This document shows positions 50,142 to 62,779 of a DNA stretch of 64,000 bases, one piece after another. A model generated the notes under the pieces. It ran no database searches, was not told the origin of the DNA, and saw only the letters and a list, made by a program, of their open reading frames with translations. Both the position numbers and the translations under genes were made by a program. The stretch is taken from contig JAYWIR010000023.1 of NCBI GenBank assembly GCA_036172245.1, forward strand, positions 434,001 through 498,000, read 5' to 3'. The stretch is from Raillietiella orientalis. Lineage: Eukaryota. Every line of letters starts with the position of its first letter. Position 1 is the first letter of the stretch.

Positions 50142-51426
50142 CCTGTTAAGGGAGTAATATATATATATTTTTTTCAACAAAGTCTACCCGTGAGTGTATA
50201 ATTAAAATTGGCGAAAACGTATATATGCGTCAAACGCACAGTAAATGTAAATTTCAATGAAAAAGAAAAAAACATTATTCATAAAAATTTCGTTATTGTG
50301 CAGAAAAAGAAAACATTTAATACATAAGAAACAAAAAACTCATAAGAAACTGTTTGTCTTATGGCCTAATAGGTCATGAGAGAGTTCAAGAGCGATGTGA
50401 GTCGCGGTCTTATAACGAGAATAATTTTGACCACAATCTGTGTTTTTGCCAATGTATGCACAGAAATTCCAAATCTATCCAGGTTGACTTCCGCATGAGG
50501 TAAAAAATCTCATTCGAAAGGGACTCCTTTTACTTCCAAGACAATCTCCGTTTCCATAACAACGAGGATTCATCAACGCGAATGTCTTGCTCTGGGATAC
50601 ACAAGGATTTCCATTCATGTTGAATACTTTCCCCGAACAGCTTCAACCTTAGAAATTCTGCTTAAAGTCAGGCTTTGGTTATCTTCAGAATAACTACATC
50701 TGCAAAGTGAGAAAAATCTGTGATGAGACAACACTTTGCTAAAGAAAAGAGTGGGTGCACTTTCTCTTTCAGAGAAACACGGTTCAAGTTTTGACTTTCT
50801 GACAGTCCTTTGAGATGTCAATATTGAGATAAAACACTTCATTTCTGTGTTGTTTGCGGGATGCCAATTTCTTATCCTTGACCGTTTCTTCAAAGAATGA
50901 ATTTCAGTATGCTGCCTTGCATGCAAATTAGTCTGTTTCCCAATTATGAATATTAGTTTCTTATTCAAAAATTTATACAGGTAAAGTAAGCATTTCTTTC
51001 TTGATTTTCTGGATACACTGAACTGTTGACTAGGCTTTCCAAGAAAAACTAAAATTGCGTTTCTCTCTTGTAGATCACTTTTTGCCAAAACGAATCATTT
51101 GAAGCCTTAATTGAGGAAAATAATCGAAGCTGTGAAATTATTATTTTCCTCAGTTAGAGCTTCAATTATGTAAAAAGTATGTAAACAAACACAGTACGTA
51201 AAAAGAAAAAAGAATTATTTTGTTTGGTTGGCATGCCTTACATCACTTCCAAAATGCTTTGATGAGTTCACTGCACACTGCAGTGTCGATCAACATATAA
51301 AATCAAAATACACAAATAAATGAGATTGTTTTAACTTTTTGTACCAAAATTTCCTACGGAGCACATAACCGTCGAACGCGCCACACCTTTCCAAGGCGTA
51401 GGTGTACGTCAGACCCGCTTAACGGG
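50142..51426 (-). mobile_element. Internally deleted piggyBac-family DNA transposon with degenerate PGBD4-like transposase remnant
   Basis: TTAA at 50138-50141 and 51427-51430. Terminal 13-mers CCTGTTAAGGGAG and CCCGCTTAACGGG match as inverted repeats at 10 of 13 positions. Internal minus-strand peptides QTNLHARQ...RNWHP...TEMKCFISIL...FFSKVLSHHRF and IPEQDIRVDESSLLWKRRLSW (DDE_Tnp_1_7-like) contain stops and frameshifts. Confidence 0.8.
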
Positions 51427-52129
51427 TTAAGCTACTGGGGTGCTTTGTTATGGTGACAAACGGTTGCTGTGGACAACCCTCTCTATGCCTCCGAATCGGA
51501 CGCAAACACTGAGTATTTGCAGCACACGGCTTCCTAAGTCGATTGCGAACACCTGCCTATCCAGAAATCCGTATTCCGTGAACATCGGATAAACACGAAT
51601 TCCGTTGACCACCGTGACCGCTTGGGTGGGTGCTCCTGTGAGTTTTGATGAACGAGTGGATGGAAGATGAGGGTCATTACATATGCTCCAGTAATACCGG
51701 AACGGAAGCCCTTTGAGTCACCTCAAAGGGCGCCGCCGAAGAACTTTAGAATCCAGAATGTTCAAGGAATCTCAGGTTCCCTTTTTTCCCTTGCTTTGTG
51801 CCAAACTTAGTTGAAATTCACTCACTCTGCCAAGGTGTCCTAGTGAGTGGTTTCCAAAGACCCGAGAAAGAATTCACCGTGTTGTCATGAGAATAAAGTA
51901 TTTGAAGGAGCATCTTAGAAAGAAATTTTCCGTCGTCTTTTCATTTTTCTTATAGGATACGATAAGCCGAGTCATGGAAGCAGAGTTGTCTTTTTTTTTT
52001 TTTTTTTCTCCCTGGTTGTCTCCGAAGGGAATCTCCTTCTTCATTCTCTCCGGAGGGACCCCCCCAATGGGGAGGGGATGTCCTCTCCATTTCAACTTCT
52101 CCGAAGGGCACTCGGAAAGGATCCGCTAG

Positions 52130-52613
52130 TAGGGATTTCTTCTCCGGAGGGAACCCGCAAGGGAACCGCTCCTGTTCACTCCTCTGAAGAGAACCTAGAA
52201 GGGACGCTTCCGAAACTTAGAAGGGGCGCTGCAGCTTCCCGCAGGGAATCGCTCTCGCTTGCTTCCTTGTGCACTCTGTGAAGAGGCGACGATTCGGAGG
52301 GACCCCCGCAACAGGGGAGTCCGCTCCTTTGAACAACAGGAGAGGTGTGGGGTGAGGGCTCCTGCTCCATCTTGAAACCGGAGGGGTCCCCCGGTGAGGG
52401 GGGTCCGCTCAATTATTCCTGGAAGGACCCGAAGGTCGGCTCCCATTGTTCTGGCCTTCATCGGGGCCTCCAGCTTTATCCACCGCCGGTGCCACGCCCG
52501 AATGTCTCGGCCAACCAGCGCCATCTTGCAGGGGAAACTCGGAACCCAACGACGCAGTGGCGTCAGTTTCTGCCGGAGTATTCGAACCCGCGACGCATGG
52601 TGCCACGCGCGGA
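52130..52613 (+). repeat. Unclassified interspersed repeat, copy A
   Basis: Collinear similarity with 58085-58474, e.g. TTTCTTCYCCGGAGGGAAC, AAGGGAACCGCTCCTGTT, ACGCTTCCGAAA, CTCCCATTGT...CATCGGGG and AACCCGCGACGC...GTGCCACGCGCGGA. Confidence 0.8.
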
Positions 52614-52753
52614 AGCAGAGTTGTCTTTTTCGTGGCACAAAATGGATCACACAGCCACCTCATGCGAAAAAGGAATTATTGACTTTCCATTGCGCTGTTT
52701 GAGCACATGATTTCTTCCTACGAGTGCTTTAGCAACTCTTGCCACCACAGTTT

Positions 52754-52793
52754 CCAATCTTTCAGGAGACTGGAAAGTCTCCTGAAAGATTGG
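52754..52793. repeat. Perfect 18-bp inverted repeat with GGAA loop
   Basis: CCAATCTTTCAGGAGACT-GGAA-AGTCTCCTGAAAGATTGG. Confidence 0.95.
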
Positions 52794-55700
52794 TCTGAAG
52801 TCTTAAAGATGCTTCCAGAATGACAAAAAATTCAATAGATCTTGTCACAACAAATCGTTGGAGCTAGAGATTCAGAGGAATAAGCAGACGACTCCGAGCA
52901 TCAGGAGGAAAAGTTCTTTCCGTGGCTTTTCTTTTGGAAAACACTCTTTTAAAGTTTAAGGCGAGAAGAGACACGAATTTTTGTCATCTCATTCTGTTCT
53001 TTAACGAAGTTCAGAAACTCAGGGGTTAATAAAAGATAATTCGCAAGAGTGCCAGTGGTATTCAGAAAACAGACCCTTAGGATGTTACGCTTTACGGTCT
53101 GACCCGAAGCCACTGTGTTTTTTCTTTCAGCTCTCACTGGAGCCGTGAGCTGCTTCATGATAAGTAAGTATGCAGACTGAGAAGTCTGCACACAGCCTGA
53201 TCTTATATTATCAGGAAACAGCTATACGGACTACAGAGATGGCTGTTCCTGACGAAGACGAATCACTGATTCGATACAACCCGAGGGAGGTGCAACGTTT
53301 CCTTCTCGTAGCTTTGGAAAACAAGAGCGTACCTTTGAAGCTATTTGCTAAAAGTCAGGAAACAAATCGAGTGTTTCAGATCGTAGGAACTTTCTGAAAA
53401 TACCAAACCGGAAGCATCCTCGATAGCAGTGAGGTGTCTTTTTCGGCGAAATCGGAGGATCTCTTTTGAGGATCAAATAAGGGTTAAACACGAAGCGGAG
53501 CAACAGTTCCATCTAGTTGTGGCCTCTGGTTGTCGCCGATTTGGTAGCTAGTAGCCTTGGAAATGTGTTGAAAGTTCATGATTCGAGAGCCATTGGTCAA
53601 TAGCTAGATGGAACATCCAAAGTTGCCAATGCAGCTTGAGACGAGAGATAAATTCCCGAGAGGCACTGGATCCATGCTGCAAACAGAATGTGGATCCAAG
53701 ACCTCGGAGAAACTCCGTGACCATATGCAAGAAATCATTGGACGACTGAGTATTGGGAGCTTAATGCGCAGAGATAACCGATGAAAAGCACTTCCTGAAC
53801 AAGAAAGGGGCTTTTTGTTCCTTCTGCTGCATGCCTACGCTGTTGTTTCGTCACATAACGAGAAGACGGAGGTCAACATGAGCTTCAGGCATCGTACCAA
53901 CAGTTGGCGGCTTTTTTTTGCGGCTTGATGTCGAAGACAAACTTCATAAGGATTCCTGCTTTCAAGAGAACTTCCAGCATTGGGATAATTTTTTTTCCTG
54001 TGAATGTGGTTGAGGATTTCAAGGGTGAGCAAACGTCCTTATGGTCGAGGAACTTGCACTTTTCAGGAAGAGAAAAGAGCTTCTACCGTTTTATAATCTC
54101 TTTTTGTGTTCTTTGAACGAACATGAGCGAAATCGAGCCTTCAGACAATCAGAATACAAGTGTCCACGAAATGAAGTCCTGCTTACATCGAAATTAGAAA
54201 TCGTTCTGCTATAGTCACAGCCGGCCGTAGACCAAGAAGCATACCTTACCACGAGGCGAAGGAATTCCCTGGGAAAATTCTAAAGTGGGATGGAATGGCT
54301 GTCGAACACAGCGGAGGGATGCGGTTCTCATTTTCCATTTCAAAGTAGAAGACTTGAGCTGCCGACGCGCCATTTCTGACCATGAAAAGTTCTCTCCCAC
54401 TGGTAGCAGCCTGACTTATCTTTGCGCGTGTTGGGCTTTTGATCCAGTGGGAGAACTGCGGTTGCACAGAACGGATTTCTTCGTCTTCACATGTCTTAGG
54501 CGCTCTTGCAGCAGTGGCGAAGCCACTTCCTGTTTTCGAAATGTGAGAGAGAAAAGGAAAAGCTGCAGCCGCGATGCGTACGAGGCACTTTTTTTTTTTT
54601 GAAGAAGGAGAAGAAGAAAAAGAAATTTGCAGTTGCCACGAGCGCTATGACGATTTCCCATGAACGCGAAGTAGGGCACTCTTTCTCATAGAAGATGCTT
54701 TGGAAGAGTATCTCGTTATGGCTACAACAGAAACGCGGTGGCTCAAAGTCAGGTCGAATCGTGCAAGCGAGAGAGATATCAAGACTAGCGAGTCTGAACG
54801 TCGTTACTATGGAAGAATGGTCCATGTTTCCTGCGGATTCGATCCGCGGCTGCAAGTCAGAAGGGATGCTTTGAGTGAGCGTTAGGATGTGCACCTATTC
54901 ACGACAGTAGAGACCACTTAAGTGCATCCTGTCTGTGAATACCCTTATCCTGTTGGTCAGCATCCCACCGCTCCATTTGCATCTCATTTCCTTTTCAGGC
55001 AATTTGCAGTCGCCTTTTTTGTACATCATTATTTCGTTCATATGCAGAAAATAAATCATTTGCTTATCGTTCATGAATTCCTATAAGATTGCAGTGACGA
55101 GGATCAGCGAGGTTGAGATGTTGAAATGTTTTGTAATTCCGTCGACGAGAAGCAAGAAAGGTCGATCGCAAACAAAATGCTTTTCATATGAGTGAAGTTT
55201 TCCTGTTTCTCTGATGACCAGGCGTTCAAGTTGGGGGGAGGTATGAATATGTCCAGTCAATAAGGATGTGGAGCCGCAATCTCCGCCTAGAGATCGAATT
55301 CTACTATTGTTAGCTGTACCTACACCTATTTGTTTTCCTTTCTTTCGGCTTATTGTCCTTCCAGTTCAACAGAGGAAGCTGACACTTTCTGATCCTTTTG
55401 TTTCAACCAGGCATGCACCACCGCTCCCTGATATGGTTCTGTCACACCCGGGAGCGCTGACCTTCCGTGCTCTTGGACTGTGAACCAAAAGGGCTGCACC
55501 CACTCTCGTGGGCGATCGCAGGACTTCGAACGGCCTCGGGGGTTTGGCAACATGAAGTACCGCTTACAGGGATGGTGCATGGTAAGGTGCTAGCAAGGAC
55601 GCATGCGAAGGCCTCCAGGGAGGCCTTCTGTGAGTATGAAGGAAAGGGAGCACGAGTTTTGGCCTCCAATGCCCAGAACCCACGCCTCCTCGGCGCGTAT

Positions 55701-56099
55701 CCTTCGGTGTCAACTCGACATAATCCCAGGGATCCACTTTGCTGTGGATTTATGGTTACGGGCCCTCAAGAAGCGAAGTGGATGCAGCTGGGTCCTTGCA
55801 ACTAGCCCGTGACGTACATTATATACATATTAATCATTTAATCACACGTGTTCATACCAAGCCCGGAATTCTACATAACATTTGTATCTTTGGAAGATTG
55901 CTTGCTGAACATCGTGAGTGGGTAAATAAATAAGGAGTAGCGGTAAATGGGATTCTGCAATTTAGTGAGGGTTCATGCAAGTGTAGTGAAAGTCCATTTA
56001 TCAAGAATGAATGGGGTGAAAAATGATCAAAAGCCTATTAGCTAAGAATCATAATCACACTAACTCTGATTCAAAAGTAGTAATAATATTGGCGTAAAC

Positions 56100-57150
56100 A
56101 TGAAATGTCCGTCCGTGATGTTTGATCAAAGGCGGTGAGGATCGAAATCCTAAGAGATCATAAAAAATAAATATCCATCCTTCTGGGAATTTTTGATCGT
56201 TCGGGATTTGAACCAAGAAAATGTACCAATAGTTATTCTAAAAGTTACCACGGAGAGAGACGTTCAAAAGTGTTTTTAGTTGAAATCGTGTAGGTGATAA
56301 TTAGGAGAGTTTGTCTTGTCCAGTTTTATTTTACAAAAACAAAACTGGTCAAGGATTGGTCATCCAGGTCATCATTGGTTTAGCTTTGTGAAAGGGAGGG
56401 GAATTTTTTTATTACTTCAGGTTCAACTAATATAGTTTCACATACATGCATGCCAATGCCATTGGTAGCGTTTTTTTTATATTTGGTTCCTCATTGGTTT
56501 CTATCTTGCGATAGATTTTGGGGTGGGTTGTTGGTAACGTACTATCCATCTGATTTTGGACATGAGAAGTAATTTGAATCTGCTGTGACTAAGAAATTTC
56601 ACTCATTATATGTCAGTAGTAGAGGGGAAAGACGAGTTGCACTATCGCAAATATTTCTCGCTCGAAAGAAAGGTGGTAGATTATCGTATAGTTGCAAAAG
56701 AGAATGGAAGTGGGCACTCTAACGTAGAGGACAGTGGATGAATAAGAATGGGGAAGCAAAACATGAATTTTTTGGAGGCAGCGAGGAGTATCCCAGGAGA
56801 GTCTGCTTAGTGATCGACAACCTGGGAAGGACTCAATTTTTTTTTTTCCTTTTCATCTTTGATTATTTGGCAGCAAAGAATTTTCTCACTTAAGAGTGAT
56901 CGGGAGTTCTAACCAAGTCTATAAGAAAAGAATACGGCAAACTACAGTCTTTGCAGTCTGGGCTTGCCGTTGCCATCGCATGCGGAAGTGAAATCAAATT
57001 TGTTTCAGAACAAGGGTGGGTAACTTCTAAATATAAACAGCCCACCCCTCTTGCGTGGAGTCAGGTAGGTCATCGCGTAGTGGATATGCCAGACGGAGTA
57101 TTTCGGGTAGTGGTAGCATCTGTTTGGCATTTATGAGTACACATTGAAAG
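56100..57150 (-). mobile_element. Possible highly decayed LINE endonuclease region
   Basis: LRDDLPDST-RGG/WAVYI near 57030-57080 resembles the RxDR...GGGVxxY motif. Strong strand skew, many stops. Confidence 0.22.
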
Positions 57151-58084
57151 GCTATGCTGATTTCGGGTATGAAGTTACTGTGATGAATCGATTGCTGGCT
57201 GATAGAGGGGAATATCGGAAAAGAAAAGGGGTGAATAGGGTTCCAACATCAAATCTAGGTATCTCTGTTCGTCTCATTGGGAAATCAAGATGGAAATGGA
57301 TATTCGGAACTCGGAGAACTGAAGAGCGAAGTAGAATGGCTCAGTAGTAGAAAGTAGAATGGCGTGGCATAATTGAATTAAATCTTCTGTGTGGGTAATG
57401 TTCTGAGGAATGAATGTTTCAGTTATTGATTGGAAAGGAGATGAGAAGGAGCTCGTTTTAGTGGCGAATTTGTAAAAATTGAATTATAAATGGGTCTAGA
57501 GGTAGCCATTTCGGGTTTCGATTCAAGGACAAGTAGATAGTAGATTTGGAAGTGGGTTATAGATATGAAATGTAATTAACACGGATCTCGGTGCTTAAAT
57601 TAGTAAGAGCAAGAGACTGGAAGTGTAGGAGGTGGAGGGATGAAGGTGGAAGTCCTGGCAAAAAACCGAGTCAGAATGTTTATGAATTCATTTTCTTGCG
57701 ATTCACATAGGGATCGATGATGACCAACGACTGCAGTGTTCGGACTGCGCCAAGGTAACACAATAATCGGCTGTTGCATAGGCAACGGAATGAAAGATTG
57801 CAATGGATGAGGCTGTCCTGTCTTTTTGTGAAGTCGGATTAAAATGTCATAATGGAAAACCTGTGACGGTTTCAGGCGACCTCATGACCCCTCGGAGTTG
57901 CGCATGCCTTAAGGAAGAAATTGAACTGAATGAAATGCTGTCTGGAAGGATCGTGAAGATAGAATCTTCGTGGTCTTTGGATCGCTTAGCAAGCACGGAG
58001 GGGAACCGTTTCCGTGCAAAGTTCACCGCAGCACGTAAGTTTTGTGACCCCGATTTTGAATCCGTCATCTGCAAGGGGTGGATC

Positions 58085-58474
58085 TAGGAATTTCTTCCCC
58101 GGAGGGAACTTGTAAGGGAACCGCTCCTGTTTGCTCCTCCTCTGAAGGGAACCTCGAAGGAACGCTTCCGAAATTCGGACGGGTTCTGCTTCCCCGAAGG
58201 GAGTGGCACGCTTCTCTGCACTCTCTGGAGAGGTGGCTACACACCTACCCCATCAGTACGAGGCGGAAGAATCCCCCACACTGCTGGGTCCGCTCTTTTG
58301 CACAACCGGAGGGGGAATTCACCCCCCCCCCCCACTCTTTGATTTCTGGAAGGACCTTAAGGTCGACTCCCATTGTCCCGGCCCTCATCGGGGGCATCCG
58401 GTTTGAACCGCTACCAGTGCCGCACCCGAATGAATGGAGGCCAACCCGCGACGCTTGGTGGTGCCACGCGCGGA
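58085..58474 (+). repeat. Unclassified interspersed repeat, copy B
   Basis: Same-orientation diverged copy of 52130-52613 with indels. Confidence 0.8.
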
Positions 58475-59439
58475 GACCGCAGCAGCCACAATGCCTCCGA
58501 CGCGGGCATGTATTTTTATCACTTCACGTAATGAACGCCTCCGGCATAAGCGGGTGGTAATCATCCTAGGCCAGTGGCAACGATCTCTTTGTGAGGTCGC
58601 TGCTGGCCTTTTAAAGAAAGAAAAAAATGCCCTTTCTTCACGCACGCTGTCTAGCCCGGTGCCGCTGAAGAGCAAGGTTTCTTCGAGCAGGAAGATGCGC
58701 CGCTGGCGGAACGGCGTGCTCTCCGAAGCTCTCTGTGAGCGGCATTCCGGAGGTATTCCAGGAGTGCACGCGTGTCACTGAGCAGCTGACCCAGCCGGTC
58801 CATGAGGGTCCACATGTGAGCCGTCAGGAGGGAGCTCGGAAGCCTCCTCCTCCTTTCCTTTCCCCCTCCTCTTCCTCCTCCTTCCCCGCGATCATAGTGG
58901 ATCCGTTAATCTGTGCGCGGTTTTGCGACAGACCTTGCGTGATTTTGCCTATCGCGCAAGGCCGTGTGGACTGCGAAGGGAATAAAGGCCCGCCGCGGCC
59001 CTGAGATCACAGCTCCTTCCGTGCTCTTGCGTGTCCCTTCCGAAGCAGGATGAGGGAAGCATCCGCTCGGGTTTTTCGAGGACGGAGATGGTCAAAGCTC
59101 GACGCTCTTCAGCATCCGCTCTGGTTACGGACGGGATTCCAGGGTCACGACGGGAGGTCTGTCTGGGTCCGTTAGGGTCTGGGTTTCCCTGAGCACCATC
59201 CACATCTATCTGGGAGTGCCCGTGGGGCTTCCTCATCTGAAGTCTGGTTGCATCGAGGGAATGCGGAATGCTCCACGTATCTTCGGGACTGAGACGATGG
59301 CACGCATTCGGAGTGGGAGGTTTCCCTGTCTCCCAGGAGCCACGAAGCCCAACCGTCCAGTGGGGGGTAGGGATCCGGTCGGCGTGCATGAGCGGTCACC
59401 CAGGAATCCTCCAGCGCTCTCCTCTCGGTTCCTTCGTGT

Positions 59440-59830
59440 TGGTGCGCGACAGCACCGTGCTGCCTCTCGGGCACCAAGGAAGCGGCGCTCTTCTTCCCCC
59501 GAGAACTCCTCCCCAGCGACATGCCTTGTCGTGGCTTCCAAGGAAGCTCTCCCGGAGGATCATCCTTCCTGAACAGTTGTGAAGGGCATCTCGCGCCCCA
59601 GCTGGGAGATTCTGGGATAGCTCGGAGTCTGGCTGGAGGGTGATCGTTCGGTACACGCTGCCTCCTCAGCCCCCTTTGTCCCATCTGGCGACGGGGAGAC
59701 CCCTCTCCACTTTGCCAGCTACGTCCTCCACCCTGGGCCTATCCATCCGTTTCTACATGGGCAGCATGGCGTCCGGGAGGAGCAATCTCAGCCACATCGC
59801 CATCGAACACCTTACCCGTTTCATCTCCTG
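59440..59830 (-). mobile_element. Possible L1/Tx1-type ORF1 remnant with decayed zinc knuckle
   Basis: RVRCSMAMWL...AGKVE...VYRTITL...SFLGSHDKACRWGGVLG...WCP resembles ORF1 ending in CxxCxxxGHxxxxC. Confidence 0.3.
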
Positions 59831-60579
59831 AACGTTCTGTGTGACGCCCTGATCGCATCCTGCAATCCGGAGTGGAAGGATGCATCTAGGCCACCTTGGC
59901 GCGGATACGTGGACGCTTTAGAATACAGCTGCCATTTCCCTTTTCCTGCGGGAACACTGAATCCCCTTGGAGGTCTGCTGAAGTGGTTCTTCCGAGCAGT
60001 GCGGTGCGGCCGCCCGGCCTCCATATCCTCGGTGCTTCATCCGCGGAAGTGACGGAGACGGAAGCGGTGGAACCGTTTCTGTGGTAACGAAAGTCCCCAA
60101 GCCAGACAGTGAGGAGGATCAGTTCTCCTCTTTGAGGTGTCCCCACAGGATCAGACTGGATCCAGGAAGCCTCATTAACGCCCGTTTATTTATTTATTTC
60201 GTATTCTTATTTATTTTTCTCTGCTATGATTCGCCGCGCATCTCTATCCTCGTGACCGAACTGTGTGCCAATGACATTCCCTTCTTCTGGTTGATACCCG
60301 GTCACGCTGGGGCGTTTATTTACAAAATAAACATACATGTCTGTGGCAGGACGTTTGATCCTGCCACTTTATTTATGAATACGAAAAGGAACCTGCCGGG
60401 ATCTGGCACATAGGCCAGCAAGGTTCGTCTCGGCAGCACAATGGGAGGGAAGACAAACAAAAAGATGAAATAAAAAATGTACAGTCAAAAAATGGAGGGG
60501 AATTTGGGGAGATATCACTATGTGCTGGAGGGTGTCCTCTGCATCCTTGCACCGATGCCGGCAAGTTGCTGCTTCAAGA

Positions 60580-60850
60580 CTCCCAGATGGGGCCATCTTG
60601 ACGCTGCCCTCCTGAAGAGGACAGCAAAATAGATGGAGTCCCTGTCGTTCTGGCCTCCTCTGGCGTTGCTCCATGCAGCCACGGTCCCGCCGTCTGGGCA
60701 GCAAACTGCTGCTAGGGATGAGGCCTGCTGGCGTGAAAGCGTCGCGCAGGAGGAGGTGCTTTCCAACGTCTCTGGCGTTGCTGCCAGGGGTTCCAAGGGT
60801 CGCGGCAAAGCGTCTCCAAAGGGACCGGAGGGCAACATAGTCCACTAAGA
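60580..60850 (-). mobile_element. Diverged repeat copy, probably the 3' end of an L1/Tx1-type LINE; homologous to 63740-63920
   Basis: CCCAGATGGGGCCATCTTGA (60582) vs CCCAGGTGGGGCCACCTGGA (63743), and CCATGCAGCCACG vs CCATGCCGCCACG, each 89 nt downstream. Both translate to ...VAAW...SRWPHLG. Confidence 0.55.
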
Positions 60851-61199
60851 GGTGCGGGAGGGATTTCTGCTCCCCTCAGTTGCATAGTTTGGGTCCACTT
60901 CTTCTGGTAGCGTATCGACTCATGACTGAAGCGCTCATTTGCCTCCATTGCAAATAAACACCCGGGAGCATTCTTTGTTATCACGAAGGTGGCAACCCTG
61001 CTGAACGCCTGTCCAGCTCTCCAGCCTACCGAAATCGCCGCTTTGGAGCCTTTGGGATCCCACAAATTCTTTTGCGGGAGACCCGAAGGAAAACGGAAAG
61101 ATCCCACGACCATCAGGTCCGCCGCTCTGAAAGTTCGGAGAAAATGGAAGGGGACAGTAGAACAAAAAAATGAAGGAAGAGCGGAAATGTAACTCTTTG

Positions 61200-61700
61200 G
61201 CTTCGTCTCCGCCTCTGGAACCGGCGCTGGACCTCCTTCCGTTCTCCCTTCTTCCGGGTGAAGCCAGTTGTCCTCATGTAGGCGGCTGCCATGAGGGTGA
61301 CCTCCTTTCGCCGCGTTTGCGTCTCTGACACTTAGCGGGTCGTGACGATGGCGCGGGTGCAACATCTGGTTGCGATGACTGCGCCTGCCGAGAGTCTCCC
61401 GCTCGCGAAGAATCGCCGCAAGAGGTCACGGGCGGCGTTTTCTTGGTGCACAAGCGCTGAAGACACGACATGCTCCACAGCCTCGTGGAAGAGTGTTGCA
61501 GATCCGAAAGCAGGATGCGGAATCGATTCCGTCGACCTGCGCCCGGAACAGCTCGGGGACGCAGCTCTCCCAGGAATGAGATGCAGGCGTAGGTTGAGAT
61601 GGAAACTCCAGTGCAGAAACAGCCCTGTTTCCAGCTTTGAGGGAACCCGGAAGTGTTCGAGAACGTGCGAGGGACCACTAGTTCGTGGAGAAGAAGGGGG
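61200..61700 (-). mobile_element. L1/Tx1-type LINE ORF2 C-terminal (zf-RVT-like) remnant
   Basis: WSLARSRTLPGSLK / LHWSFHLNLRLHLIPGRAASPSCSGRRSTESIPHPAFG fits the W...LP...LH...RL...CxxC...ExxxH layout of zf-RVT. Confidence 0.5.
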
Positions 61701-62779
61701 TGGGAGGAAGGAACGTCTTCAAGAGTTTGCTCCATCAACGTGGTGCCTTTGCTTGTGAATGAGGAGCGTGGGTGGCGGCGTCCGCCCGCATGGCTCGTCG
61801 TCCAGACTTCCGGGAGTTTTGATCTCTCCTGCGATGGTGCATGGCAACTCCCATCCCACTGGTGGAACAACTGTCACCCCTTAGGGCAGACAGTGTTGCT
61901 GCAAGGGGTGTGGAGTCCAGGATAGGACACTATGAGTTCGTGGTCAGCGCCCGCATTACCACGGGTGGCACGAACCGTGCATTACAGCAGATAACTGGAA
62001 AACCGCGTTCGGGCAGGTTCCGGCATCAACAGCGCAAGGACAGTTCCCTGCTTGTATCACCAGATTTGACCTCTTCCTCGGAGAGTGAATAGTGCAACCA
62101 TCGCTTGGGAACGAGGAGGGACTGGATCAGATATTCACGCAGGGTAGTTTTTTTCTGGGGATCTGTGACCTCACGTCGTGGTGTTGGGCAACATTCGGAT
62201 AAACAGCATTCCAAACGACAAGAGGCAGAGATCATCGATGAATTCGTTTTCATAACGAAGTTGACTTAATTTATTCACAGTGTCCGTGGTCCAATCCCGG
62301 AGGAGATGCGTCCCGTTCCCACAAGGAAGCATGTGGGCAGTCCGACCGAACTTCGACGGAGCGGCCCGATTTCTCCCGCGCGACCTTGCAAGCGAATTCC
62401 TCTTCGTCTTGTACCGAATTCGGAGTGATGCTGCTCAAGCCAGCCAGGGTCCAGCTCGGATGGGAGAATTTTGAACTCAAATCCAGACTGAGGTCATTCC
62501 CGGAGAGTTTATCATAAAAGTGGATTTCAAGATTGAAAACAGTCAAATTCAGCCACAGCCCGTCGGCACGACTAGTCACGCCCGGCACGACGACGGCGAA
62601 TACTGCAGCTGCCACGCCCATAACAGTGGGAGGAGAAGAGTGAAAGACCCGACATTGCAGACGTTGCGGATGCCGGCCAGCACACCTTGAAAATGCTCCC
62701 GGGCTACAAGTCGCCTTCAAAATGGGGGTCGGTACGAAGCGGGGCAGCAGTCTGCGAAGTCGCGCAGTCCGCAGTGTGC

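Noticed and set aside
52180..52230. Hammerhead ribozyme-like CTGAAGA...CGAAAC
   Set aside because: Stem II does not pair cleanly, there is no stem III/UH site, and the second repeat copy lacks the core. It is better explained as iterations of the repeat's own motif.
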